Source: an uncultured Flavobacterium sp.
Lineage (GTDB): Bacteria; Bacteroidota; Bacteroidia; Flavobacteriales; Flavobacteriaceae
Direction: 5' to 3'
DNA length: 64,000 nt
Assembly: GCA_964610785.1 (NCBI GenBank)
Contig: CAZSZH010000003.1
Span: 11,390-75,389 of the forward strand
A program made the position numbers and the translations under genes. The notes under the pieces are model-generated. The model saw only the letters and a program-made list of their open reading frames with translations, was not told where the DNA came from and did not search any database. Positions 47,792-56,877 of this stretch are shown piece after piece; position 1 is the stretch's first letter, and each line of letters begins with the position of its first letter.

Positions 47792-50254
47792 TTATTTTTT
47801 ATTTTTATTTATGAAATTATTTATTGCCTTGTAAAATATATTTTTTGGCTTATCTTCTTCATGGTACCCATTGGAATAACTCCCATAACTATATCCATAA
47901 CCATAGCTTCGACCATATCCATATTTTGCTTTATTTTGAAAGCCATTTAAAACTATACTAACATTAGTAAGTTCCTCCCTTTTTACTCGATTATTGAGTA
48001 AATTTACCATTTCTTTTTTGGTGTAATTTTGTCTCATTATATACAACGTTACATCAGCATAAATGGACAATTCAACTGCATCTGTAACTAATCCGACTGG
48101 TGGAGTATCTAACACAATATAATCATAACTAATTTTCAATTCTTCTATAAACTCTCTCATACTGTCGCCCATAATTAACTCTGAAGGATTCGGGGGGATA
48201 GGCCCACAAGTTATTACATCAAGATAAGGTATTTTAGTTTTTTGAACAATATTCTCAAGATTAGACTCACCAATTAAATAATTTACAATACCCTTTTCAT
48301 TCTTCAAATCAAAATCTTGGAATATTTTGGGTTTCCTCAAATCTAAACCTACAATAACTGTCTTTTTCTCACTCATTGCAAAAACTGTAGCAATGTTAAC
48401 ACTACAAAAAGTCTTCCCTTCACCACTTACAGAGGAAGTAACCATAAGTGTTTTAGTGCCTAAAACATTTTGTTTCTTATATAAAAACTGTAAAGATGAT
48501 CTTATAGCTCGAAATGATTCTGCAAGAGCTGATTTTGGTTTATCATACACAGATAAATTAGTTTCTGAATGCTTAAGTCCAACGACACCTATTAAGGGTA
48601 AAGAAGTTAAATTAGAAATATCATCGGTATTTTGAATCGAATTGTTTACAAAAAAAATTAAAAATACTATAAGTAGTGGTATCAATATCCCTAAAAAAAT
48701 TGCGATTACATAATTCACTCCTGTTCTAGGGCCAATCAAACCTCCACCAATATCTTTTGCAGGGTCAATAAATTGAATATCTGATAAGTTAGCTGCTTTT
48801 ACAACTTGAGCTTCAGTTCTTTTTTGAAGATAAGTCTGATAAATACCATTGCTTAAATCATACTTTCTCATGATTTTAACGTATTCTTGCTTATCTTCTG
48901 GAAGATATTTTATCTTATTTTCAACTAAATTTAATTTTCCCTTTATTCGAGATGATTCATATTGAATTGCAGATTTAGCCGAGTTTATATTTTCTAAAAG
49001 TACATTTTTTACTGATACAATTTCGTTATCAATATTTTTGAACATTAAGTCACTTTTTACAGAATAAACCATTTCTGCTCTTCTAACAGACAATTCTACT
49101 AATTTTGAAACATTTATAATAATATTAGGATCTTCTATTCCAGCAACAGTTGGTGCTGGCAATTTAGAAAAGTCAGTACTTTTTTTAAGGTAATTGCTTA
49201 AATTATTATAATAGTTTATCTTTCTATTTACATCTTCATTAGCTTTATCTAATTCTGTTATTTGAGTTTGAAAATTCTCTCCACCACTTTCTATTTGAGT
49301 TATGTTTTTATTTTGACTGAACTCTTTCAAATCTTGATTTGACCTTTTTAAGTCTCCTTCCATGTTATGAAGGGTTGTGTCAATAAATTTAATAGTGTTT
49401 TCAGCAAATTTATTTTTATTTTCTAATTGCCTTTTTATTAATGTTTTTACTGTTTCGTTAAGATAATCAACAATCCTTGCCTTATTGGTTCCCTCAAGAG
49501 ATAATTTTATTATTGATGGTGACTTTTCATCAATTCCAATTTTTATATTTTTATATTTAGATACAATTTCATCAAATGAATTGAAAGCGACCATATATTC
49601 ACTTCCTACAAATTTTCCAGAGTTGGGTTTAACCTCTAAAATCCAGTTAAGAAACGGCAATACAACTCTTTGCCCAATTCTAAATCTTTTAGCTATTTTA
49701 GAATCAGATAGCAACACTGAATTTTTGGTGTTTTCAAAATAATTAATTACTGGAATAGAGTTCGAATTTGATTTTATTGTTATTTCATACTCTTTGCTTG
49801 AGATAAACTTTATATATATTGGAGTTTTATAAATCTGATTTTTAGATTTATCAATTTTAATAATGAATGGTGTACTTCCATAAACATCTTTAACAAAATA
49901 TTCTTTTTGCTGTAAATAATCAATATAAAAATCAAGTTTATTCACAACACTTTCATTATGAGACCTTGATTTTATTGTAGTTGCGATTGTTTGAACTTGA
50001 TCTGAAGTACCTCCCCAATTAAAAATCAAACTAGTACTTGAAGTAAAGAGTGGATTATTTTGTTCTTTTATGGCAATAGTAGTATCTAAAGAATAGATTT
50101 TTTGTTTACGAACATTAACTTGATGAGCAATAATCAAACAAGTAGTTAAACCTAACAAAAACCATTTCCAATAACTTCCAGTTTTTATTAAAAACCCTTT
50201 AAAATCAAAACTATTTTGGTTTTCGAAAAAAGAAAAATCCTTTATATCTAACAT
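47792..50254 (-). CDS. wzc: Polysaccharide co-polymerase / BY-kinase (copy 2)
   Basis: Two TM helices, ESFRAIRS, Walker A GEGKT, DLRKP, PPNPSEL, DTPP and a Tyr-rich tail YGYGRSYGYGYSYGSY. Confidence 0.93.
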   Translation of the reverse strand: MLDIKDFSFFENQNSFDFKGFLIKTGSYWKWFLLGLTTCLIIAHQVNVRKQKIYSLDTTIAIKEQNNPLFTSSTSLIFNWGGTSDQVQTIATTIKSRSHNESVVNKLDFYIDYLQQKEYFVKDVYGSTPFIIKIDKSKNQIYKTPIYIKFISSKEYEITIKSNSNSIPVINYFENTKNSVLLSDSKIAKRFRIGQRVVLPFLNWILEVKPNSGKFVGSEYMVAFNSFDEIVSKYKNIKIGIDEKSPSIIKLSLEGTNKARIVDYLNETVKTLIKRQLENKNKFAENTIKFIDTTLHNMEGDLKRSNQDLKEFSQNKNITQIESGGENFQTQITELDKANEDVNRKINYYNNLSNYLKKSTDFSKLPAPTVAGIEDPNIIINVSKLVELSVRRAEMVYSVKSDLMFKNIDNEIVSVKNVLLENINSAKSAIQYESSRIKGKLNLVENKIKYLPEDKQEYVKIMRKYDLSNGIYQTYLQKRTEAQVVKAANLSDIQFIDPAKDIGGGLIGPRTGVNYVIAIFLGILIPLLIVFLIFFVNNSIQNTDDISNLTSLPLIGVVGLKHSETNLSVYDKPKSALAESFRAIRSSLQFLYKKQNVLGTKTLMVTSSVSGEGKTFCSVNIATVFAMSEKKTVIVGLDLRKPKIFQDFDLKNEKGIVNYLIGESNLENIVQKTKIPYLDVITCGPIPPNPSELIMGDSMREFIEELKISYDYIVLDTPPVGLVTDAVELSIYADVTLYIMRQNYTKKEMVNLLNNRVKREELTNVSIVLNGFQNKAKYGYGRSYGYGYSYGSYSNGYHEEDKPKNIFYKAINNFINKNKK

Positions 50255-50266
50255 TAATTAGCAGTA

Positions 50267-51052
50267 TTATTTTTTTAATAATAAAAATGTTGTGGTAGCT
50301 AATGATAAAATTGTAATCAAGGTTCCTAAAGATTCAATTCCAGTTTTACCAGTTCCCCATGATTTTTGTTTCAAAGGTTTTACATATATATAATCATTGG
50401 GTTGCAAGTAATAACATGGAGATTGCATTGCCTTTGAATCTGTTAAATCAATACTATACATTTCTGCACCTTGAGGAAACTGTCGTATCACTTTAACATC
50501 TTTTCTATCACCAACAATAGTAATATCTCCAGAGTTAGCAATTGCTTCCATAATATTCACTTTATCTTGATACAATATCTTAGACCCAGTGCTTCCTACT
50601 TCTCCATTAACTGTATATCTAAAACCAGACAATTTAACATTGACATAAATCCCAGCCTCAGGCTTAAAATGATCTTTAAGCAGCAACATTTCTAATTTCT
50701 GTCTTACCTCATCAACGGTAAAACCCAAAACATTAACCTCACCTAAAATTGGCATTCTTATATTACCATGATCGTCAACTGAATATCCTTTAAGATATAA
50801 TGATTGATCTGAACCTACTGTTTGAGTAGAATTTTCACTATTAAAAATTTCAACTAATTTTGGATCAATTGCCTTAATAGTAATGCTTAATATGTCATTC
50901 GTTTGAAGTCTGTAGGGCTTTAAAGAAACTGGTGTTAAATCTTTATCTGGAGTATTTCCTTTTTTTTGAAGATAAATTAAATCTTGCGAAGGAACACATG
51001 ATGTAAAGAAGATTCCTGTTAGAAGTAAAATAAAAAATATTCTAATGTTCAT
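50267..51052 (-). CDS. wza: Polysaccharide export lipoprotein (Wza/OPX family, copy 2)
   Basis: Lipobox FTSC, YRLQTND, GNIRMPILG, VNGEV and LQPNDYIYV. Start set at MNIRIFF (51052). Confidence 0.9.
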   Translation of the reverse strand: MNIRIFFILLLTGIFFTSCVPSQDLIYLQKKGNTPDKDLTPVSLKPYRLQTNDILSITIKAIDPKLVEIFNSENSTQTVGSDQSLYLKGYSVDDHGNIRMPILGEVNVLGFTVDEVRQKLEMLLLKDHFKPEAGIYVNVKLSGFRYTVNGEVGSTGSKILYQDKVNIMEAIANSGDITIVGDRKDVKVIRQFPQGAEMYSIDLTDSKAMQSPCYYLQPNDYIYVKPLKQKSWGTGKTGIESLGTLITILSLATTTFLLLKK

Positions 51053-51073
51053 TATTAACTTTAATTTAGCAAA

Positions 51074-51081
51074 CAAAGATA
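51074..51081 (-). promoter_or_regulatory. -7 box (TATCTTTG) heading the polysaccharide locus
   Basis: Exact TAnnTTTG 21 nt upstream of the wza2 ATG. Confidence 0.7.
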
Positions 51082-51122
51082 GCTTTTCAAATGTAAAATA
51101 AAAAAAGATATTACTTTATCTC

Positions 51123-51743
51123 TTAATTATTTTGCATTGAACTTTCAAAAGGAACTCTTTGCAATATACTTCGACCCAATGTAATTTCATCGGCATACTC
51201 TAATTCATCTCCTACCGCAATACCTCGTGCAATTGTTGACGTTTTTATTTTAAAGTCTTTTATCTGTTTATAGATGTAAAAATTCGTTGTATCGCCTTCC
51301 ATGGTTGAACTTAATGCAAAAATAAGCTCCTCAATTGTACCAAATTTTACTTTTTCAATCAACGTAATGATGTTTAACTGACTAGGGCCAACTCCATCAA
51401 TAGGTGATATCTTTCCTCCTAGGACGTGGTAAATCCCTTTAAACTGATTCGTATTTTCAATAGCCATAACGTCACGAATATCTTCAACAACACAAATTAT
51501 TTTATGATTTCTTGATTGATTATTACAAATTTCACAAACTTCAACATCAGATATATTATGACAACTTTTACAGAATTTTATTTCGTCGCGCATCGAAGTT
51601 AATGCTTGAGATAGAAAGTGTGTTTGTTCCACTGGTTGTTTTAATAAATGTAAAACCAATCGCAAGGCCGTTCGTTTTCCTATTCCGGGCAGTTGTGATA
51701 TTTCGTTTACCGCTTTTTCGAGAAGTTTTGATGAAAATTCCAT
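51123..51743 (-). CDS. recR: Recombination mediator RecR
   Basis: [13 protein letters not shown]4 zinc finger CKSC-x8-CEIC, Toprim VVEDIRD, YHVLGG, EGDTT and GDELEYAD. Start set at MEFSSK (51743). Confidence 0.97.
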   Translation of the reverse strand: MEFSSKLLEKAVNEISQLPGIGKRTALRLVLHLLKQPVEQTHFLSQALTSMRDEIKFCKSCHNISDVEVCEICNNQSRNHKIICVVEDIRDVMAIENTNQFKGIYHVLGGKISPIDGVGPSQLNIITLIEKVKFGTIEELIFALSSTMEGDTTNFYIYKQIKDFKIKTSTIARGIAVGDELEYADEITLGRSILQRVPFESSMQNN

Positions 51744-51747
51744 TTTG

Positions 51748-51755
51748 CAAAGGTA
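51748..51755 (-). promoter_or_regulatory. -7 box (TACCTTTG) immediately before the recR start codon
   Basis: Sequence reads TACCTTTG-CAAA-ATG. Confidence 0.7.
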
Positions 51756-51885
51756 ATTAATTAGAAATTTATCAATTAGATAACGGGAGGATTTTATTTT
51801 AGACTTTTTTAGATTCAATTTTCTATTAACTAAAAACTTCTAACTTGTAACTTTTTTCTATTTTAGCCCAAATAAAAATAAAACG

Positions 51886-53382
51886 ATGTCACCAATAGCT
51901 ATTTTAACTTTAATCATTGTTTACTTTGGATTATTAATTCTGATTTCAAGGGTTGTAAGCAAGAAAAGTTCGGATAACGATACCTTTTTCAAAGCTAACA
52001 AAAACTCTAAATGGTATTTGGTAGCTTTTGGAATGATTGGAACGGCCATTTCTGGAATCACCTTTATTTCAGTTCCCGGAGAAGTTGGAAATCCCGATTT
52101 ACAATTCAAATATTTTCAATTTATAATAGGCTGTGCCATCGGTTTTATTATAGTTGCCAAAGTGTTACTCCCTTTGTATTACCGAATGAATTTAACCTCG
52201 ATATACGGATATATTGAACAGCGCTTGGGTGCAGTAAGTTATAAAACAGCAGCGACTATCTTTTTGATCGGAAGAACTATTGGCTCTGCTTTTAGATTGT
52301 ATTTGGTTATTTTTGTATTACAACGTTATGTATTCGATTATTATAATGTTCCATTTGCAATAACAGTATTAATTTCATTAGGATTAATATTTGGGTATAC
52401 CTATCGTGGCGGATTGAAAACTATAATCATTACCGATACTTTGCAGACATTCTTCTTAATCTCTTCCGTTTTTTTAACGATATATTTTATTTGTAACAGC
52501 TTGGATTATTCAATGATTGATGCTTTTGAGGCAGTAAAAAAAAGCAATTATTCAAGAGTTTTTTTCTTTGATGATTATTTTAAGGATACTTATTTCTGGA
52601 AACAACTACTGGGAGGGATTTTTATAACAATTGCTACCGTAGGATTAGACCAAGATTTAATGCAAAAAAACCTGAGTTGTAAAAACATTGCTGAAGCTCA
52701 AAAAAACATGTTCACTTTTACAGCAGTATTTGTATTAATAAATATTTTCTTTTTAAGTGTAGGAGCTTTGTTATATCTATATGCAGCTAAAAACAGCATT
52801 GAAGTTCCTATAGTAAATAATGTCCAAAGAACAGACTTGTTGTTCCCTGAGATTGCTATTAATCATTTGAGTATTATTCCAACTATTGTATTTTTGTTAG
52901 GATTAACAGCGGCTACATTTGCAACAACAGATAGTGCTTTAACAGCTTTAACCACCTCCTTTTGTGTAGATTTTTTAAGCATGGATAAATCCGAAAATCA
53001 AAATAACCCCAATACTGTTCGAACAAGACATTGGGTACATGTTGGTTTTTCGTTACTGATGTTTGTGGTCATTGTGATTTTTAATGCAATAAATGACAGA
53101 TCTGTAGTTGATATGGTTTTTAAAATTGCATCCTATACTTATGGTCCTCTTTTAGGACTTTATGGCTTTGGTTTATTTATAAAAAATAAAACTGTTAAAG
53201 ATCATTTCGTTCCAATAATATGTTTACTTGCACCTGCTATATGTTTATATCTGAATATAAACTCTAAATTATTGTTCGGAAATTATACGATTGGAAATGA
53301 ATTAATCATCCTTAACGGTCTACTTACCTTTATTGGATTAGTAGCAATCAGTAAGCCAGCTACTACCCAAACCAAGTTTTAA
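51886..53382 (+). CDS. Sodium:solute symporter (SSS family)
   Basis: About 13 TM segments; FFKANK, ISGITFISVPG, SIYGYIEQRLG, YTYRGG, GLDQDLMQK and DSALTAL motifs. Confidence 0.9.
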   Translation: MSPIAILTLIIVYFGLLILISRVVSKKSSDNDTFFKANKNSKWYLVAFGMIGTAISGITFISVPGEVGNPDLQFKYFQFIIGCAIGFIIVAKVLLPLYYRMNLTSIYGYIEQRLGAVSYKTAATIFLIGRTIGSAFRLYLVIFVLQRYVFDYYNVPFAITVLISLGLIFGYTYRGGLKTIIITDTLQTFFLISSVFLTIYFICNSLDYSMIDAFEAVKKSNYSRVFFFDDYFKDTYFWKQLLGGIFITIATVGLDQDLMQKNLSCKNIAEAQKNMFTFTAVFVLINIFFLSVGALLYLYAAKNSIEVPIVNNVQRTDLLFPEIAINHLSIIPTIVFLLGLTAATFATTDSALTALTTSFCVDFLSMDKSENQNNPNTVRTRHWVHVGFSLLMFVVIVIFNAINDRSVVDMVFKIASYTYGPLLGLYGFGLFIKNKTVKDHFVPIICLLAPAICLYLNINSKLLFGNYTIGNELIILNGLLTFIGLVAISKPATTQTKF

Positions 53383-53744
53383 TATTGATTGGTAGTTAAT
53401 AAGACTAAAGTACAAGCCTCTTCTACCTTAATGTTGTTGGATATTAAAAGTTGATAAAACTCGGGGTTTTCTGTACCAGGATTAAAAATAACACGTTTGG
53501 GTTTGATTTCTAAAATATAATTATAGTAATCTCGCTGACGCAGCGGATTTAAATACAATGTTACAGTATCAATATTTTTTAAAGGGATATTTTTGGTTCT
53601 AATAGAAACTCCGGCAACTTCTCCTTGGTTTTGCCCAAGAGCCATAACGGAATGTCCTTTTTCAACTAACATTGAAATGGCTTTAAAAGCATATCGTTCT
53701 GGTTTTGTCGAAGCACCAAGTACTAACGTTTTCTTATTTTTCAT
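53379..53744 (-). CDS. CoA-binding domain protein (YccU-like)
   Basis: VLGASTKPERYA, DTVTLY, VIFNPGTEN and ACTLV motifs. Confidence 0.88.
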   Translation of the reverse strand: MKNKKTLVLGASTKPERYAFKAISMLVEKGHSVMALGQNQGEVAGVSIRTKNIPLKNIDTVTLYLNPLRQRDYYNYILEIKPKRVIFNPGTENPEFYQLLISNNIKVEEACTLVLLTTNQY

Positions 53745-53748
53745 TTGC

Positions 53749-53808
53749 CAAAATTAGTGAATAATGTTTTTATTTTAACCTTGTGGTTTTATTCTTTATC
53801 TATCTTTG
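53749..53808. promoter_or_regulatory. Divergent -7 boxes: TAATTTTG (minus, 53749-53756) for the CoA-binding gene and TATCTTTG (plus, 53801-53808) for marC
   Basis: Two exact TAnnTTTG matches, each oriented toward its adjacent gene. Confidence 0.7.
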
Positions 53809-53834
53809 CCAGATATTAATCCTATTTTTAAAAA

Positions 53835-54470
53835 ATGACTGTTTTTCTTAATACATTTCTAATATTACTAGGAGGTTTATTCTCTGTTTTAAATCCAATT
53901 GGAGTTATTCCTTTTTTTGTAGGATTGACGCAAGATTATAATAAATCAGAACGTTCAAGAGTTTCTTTTTGGACAGCTATAAACGTGGGAATTATTTTAT
54001 TAATTTCATTTTTTGCTGGTGAATATGTTTTACGTTTTTTTGGAATTACCATTTCTGCATTGCGAATAGCCGGAGGAATATTAATTGCAAGTTCTGGATT
54101 TGGTTTGTTGAATGCCAATCCTAAAAAAAGAAAAGGAATTAGTAAAGAAGTAGAAGAAGATTTACAAAACCGAAATTCAATTGCACTAACACCACTTGCT
54201 ATGCCAATGCTTGCTGGACCTGGTTCTATATCATTATTGATTGCATTCAACCAAGATCATACTAGCACTTTAGAAATTTTAGCTTCTTCATTTTCAATCA
54301 TTATCGTATCACTTTTGATATTTTTCATTTTAAGAAGCGCTCATTATTTAGCAAAATATTTAGGGGCTTCAGGAATTGTAGCTATTTCTAGAATTGTTGG
54401 CTTTTTAACTGTAGCCATTGGAATCCAATATATCATCAGTTCAGTTTTGACAATAATTAGAGGAATTTAA
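53835..54470 (+). CDS. marC: MarC-family inner membrane protein
   Basis: LNPIG, GITISALRIAGG, PLAMPMLAGPG and RIVG motifs; 6 TM segments. Confidence 0.9.
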   Translation: MTVFLNTFLILLGGLFSVLNPIGVIPFFVGLTQDYNKSERSRVSFWTAINVGIILLISFFAGEYVLRFFGITISALRIAGGILIASSGFGLLNANPKKRKGISKEVEEDLQNRNSIALTPLAMPMLAGPGSISLLIAFNQDHTSTLEILASSFSIIIVSLLIFFILRSAHYLAKYLGASGIVAISRIVGFLTVAIGIQYIISSVLTIIRGI

Positions 54471-54622
54471 ACATGATTTAAATCTGTAACAACTCATTAT
54501 CACATAATACATTTTCAAGCAATTTCTATCAAAATACTATTCCGAAAGGCTGGTAAATAATTTATTATTAAAGTTTGTTTTCATTTTAATTAACTACATT
54601 ATCAAAAGTAGTATTAAACGAA

Positions 54623-54650
54623 AAAATCCCGAACAGCTGCTCGGGATTTT
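54623..54650. terminator. Intrinsic terminator between the convergent marC and PPIase genes
   Basis: AAAATCCCGA-acagctgc-TCGGGATTTT, a 10-bp inverted repeat, 21 nt past the PPIase stop. Confidence 0.8.
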
Positions 54651-54671
54651 ATATTTATGTGCTAAAATCTA

Positions 54672-56768
54672 CTAGTAAAATTCTAATCTATTGTCATCAA
54701 TTTTAGCATCTGACTTCAAGGCTGGGAAAACTCTACCCGAGGCTTGAGCAGCATTTGCTTTTAACTTCTTAACATAATCATCATAGTTTGGCAATTTAGG
54801 CGCTTTAGTTACGGATTTAGTCATTACTACATAGACACCAGAATTTCCTTCAACAGGAGCAGATACTTTGTTAGGAGCAGTTGCAAAAGCAGCACCAACT
54901 ACTTTCGGCTCAGCACCTACATTAGCTAAACCAGAGTTTTCAACAGAAGCAGTAGGAGCATTTTGAACGGTTGTTTCATTAGCTTTAGCAATTGCATCTA
55001 ATGACGAACCTTTCATTTTTGCCATAATTTTCTCTGCTTTCTTTTTATTTTTAATAATTCCTTCTACTGAAGGCTTAGCATCCTCGACTGTCATTAATCC
55101 TTTTTCATTGATTTTTTTCAAACGAGCAATGATGTTCCCAACATTAACAACTTCAAACCTTTTAACATCACCAACATTAGTATCTTTAGTATATGCCCAC
55201 TTAATAATTTGTCTTTGGTTTCCAGCGGCACCAAATGATTCATCCATTGCTTTAGCTTTTATAGCAGGATTTACAGTCAATTTTGCCTTTTTAGCAACCG
55301 CCACAAAATCTTTATTCTTGTTAGCATCCATTTCAAATTGAGTTGCTTTTGTATAGACTTCATTTGAAGTAGCTTCAGATGGCTCAATTTTTTGAGCAAC
55401 GGTAGCCAAACGAATTGCGTCTTGTTTATCGGTTACATTAATAATGTGATATCCAAATTCTGATTCTACTAAACCAATTTTTCCAACAGGATTATTGAAA
55501 ACAAAATCATTGAATGGTTTTACCATTTGACCAGGACCGAAATAACCTAAATCGCCTCCTTGTTGAGCAGACGAATCATCAGAATTTGTTAGTGCCAACA
55601 TCATGAAACTGCTTGGATTCGCTTGTGCTTGAGCCAATAATGTTTCTGCTTTTGCTTTGGCTTGTTCTTTAGTTCTTTTCTCTTTCTTGTTAGGTACTTT
55701 GGTTCCTTCCCAACTAATTAAGATATGACTAGCTTTAGCTTTCGCACCAGCTTTTCTTCCCATTGCTTTTGAAAGGCAATAGTATTTTCCGTTAATGTAA
55801 GGCCCATAAATTTCGCCAGCTGCTAAACCAAATAATTTATCTGCATGTTCCGCTGGTAAATCTTGTTTGGTTACATAAGTAGAGTCATATGGTTTATCAG
55901 AATTTGCTCCAACAAATTCAGCAACATTCTTTGCGGCAGTGAAACTTGGAATAGTATCATATTTTCCGTCTTTAAACTCTACTCTTCCGCTCAATAATCC
56001 GGTGATTTTAGCTTTTATTTCTTCTTCGTCTTTTGCTGAAGGTTTGTCTTCAATTACCACGTATTCAATTTCGCGAGTTTCTTCAGATTTGAATTTTTTC
56101 TCATTTTTTTTCATGTAATCCAAAACATCAGCATCGGTAACTTTTACATCGCTGTCTTTAATTGTTGAATATAAAACCGAAACATAATCAAAATTTACTT
56201 TATCAGCTTCCAATCTATATTTAAATTTTCCATCAGCATTAGTAACGTACATACCCGCCTTAATCATGGTGCTGTATATTTGAAACTTAGAATTCACCTC
56301 AGCATCAGTTTGTCTATCTTGAAATGCTTTGGCTTGCTCAGGATTTGATTTGAAAAAGTCTTTAAACTTAGCTAAATCAAATTTACCTAATTGGTTTAAG
56401 AATTGCGGATTTTGACCAATATTAGGATCTTTTTTAAACACTTCGATAATATTATTTTCGCTAGTACGAATTCCTGCTTTTTCAAATTGATCGGTAAATA
56501 ATGCCAACGCAATCTCTTGATCCCAAACCTGATTAGCGGCTTGTGTTTGAGTAGTTGAGCGTCCATTTTGACCATTCTTTTCAGCATTGGCTACTTTAAT
56601 TCTAAATTGATCAAATGAAACGTCTTTCCCATTAATACTTCCCACGTTTTTAGACTGACTTCTCATCCCTTTTGTGAATAAATCTTGCACCACAAAAGCT
56701 AATAAAGCAAATCCAATAGCTAGTAAAAGTAATCCGGAACGTTTTCTAATTTTTTGTAAAACTGCCAT
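54672..56768 (-). CDS. Membrane-anchored peptidyl-prolyl isomerase / chaperone (PpiD-like; SurA-N plus parvulin)
   Basis: N-terminal TM anchor MAVLQKIR..LLAF and a parvulin core KASHILI...GGDLGYF..GQMVKPF...ESEFGYHII. Confidence 0.88.
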   Translation of the reverse strand: MAVLQKIRKRSGLLLLAIGFALLAFVVQDLFTKGMRSQSKNVGSINGKDVSFDQFRIKVANAEKNGQNGRSTTQTQAANQVWDQEIALALFTDQFEKAGIRTSENNIIEVFKKDPNIGQNPQFLNQLGKFDLAKFKDFFKSNPEQAKAFQDRQTDAEVNSKFQIYSTMIKAGMYVTNADGKFKYRLEADKVNFDYVSVLYSTIKDSDVKVTDADVLDYMKKNEKKFKSEETREIEYVVIEDKPSAKDEEEIKAKITGLLSGRVEFKDGKYDTIPSFTAAKNVAEFVGANSDKPYDSTYVTKQDLPAEHADKLFGLAAGEIYGPYINGKYYCLSKAMGRKAGAKAKASHILISWEGTKVPNKKEKRTKEQAKAKAETLLAQAQANPSSFMMLALTNSDDSSAQQGGDLGYFGPGQMVKPFNDFVFNNPVGKIGLVESEFGYHIINVTDKQDAIRLATVAQKIEPSEATSNEVYTKATQFEMDANKNKDFVAVAKKAKLTVNPAIKAKAMDESFGAAGNQRQIIKWAYTKDTNVGDVKRFEVVNVGNIIARLKKINEKGLMTVEDAKPSVEGIIKNKKKAEKIMAKMKGSSLDAIAKANETTVQNAPTASVENSGLANVGAEPKVVGAAFATAPNKVSAPVEGNSGVYVVMTKSVTKAPKLPNYDDYVKKLKANAAQASGRVFPALKSDAKIDDNRLEFY

Positions 56769-56800
56769 TTTTATATCTGTTAATTTTTTATTTCAGTTTG

Positions 56801-56808
56801 CGAAAATA
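56801..56808 (-). promoter_or_regulatory. Variant -7 box (TATTTTCG) upstream of the PPIase gene
   Basis: One mismatch to consensus, 32 nt upstream of the ATG. Confidence 0.5.
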
Positions 56809-56877
56809 CAATTATCTATGAAATATTTATAGAAGTTGTGTTATATTTTACGATAAAAAAGTTTTTTTTTTTTATTT

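Noticed and set aside
51886-53382. SSS symporter as a SiaT-like sialic-acid importer linked to the neu cluster
   Set aside because: No nan catabolic genes are nearby, it is divergent from recR in housekeeping context, and nothing in the sequence specifies the substrate.
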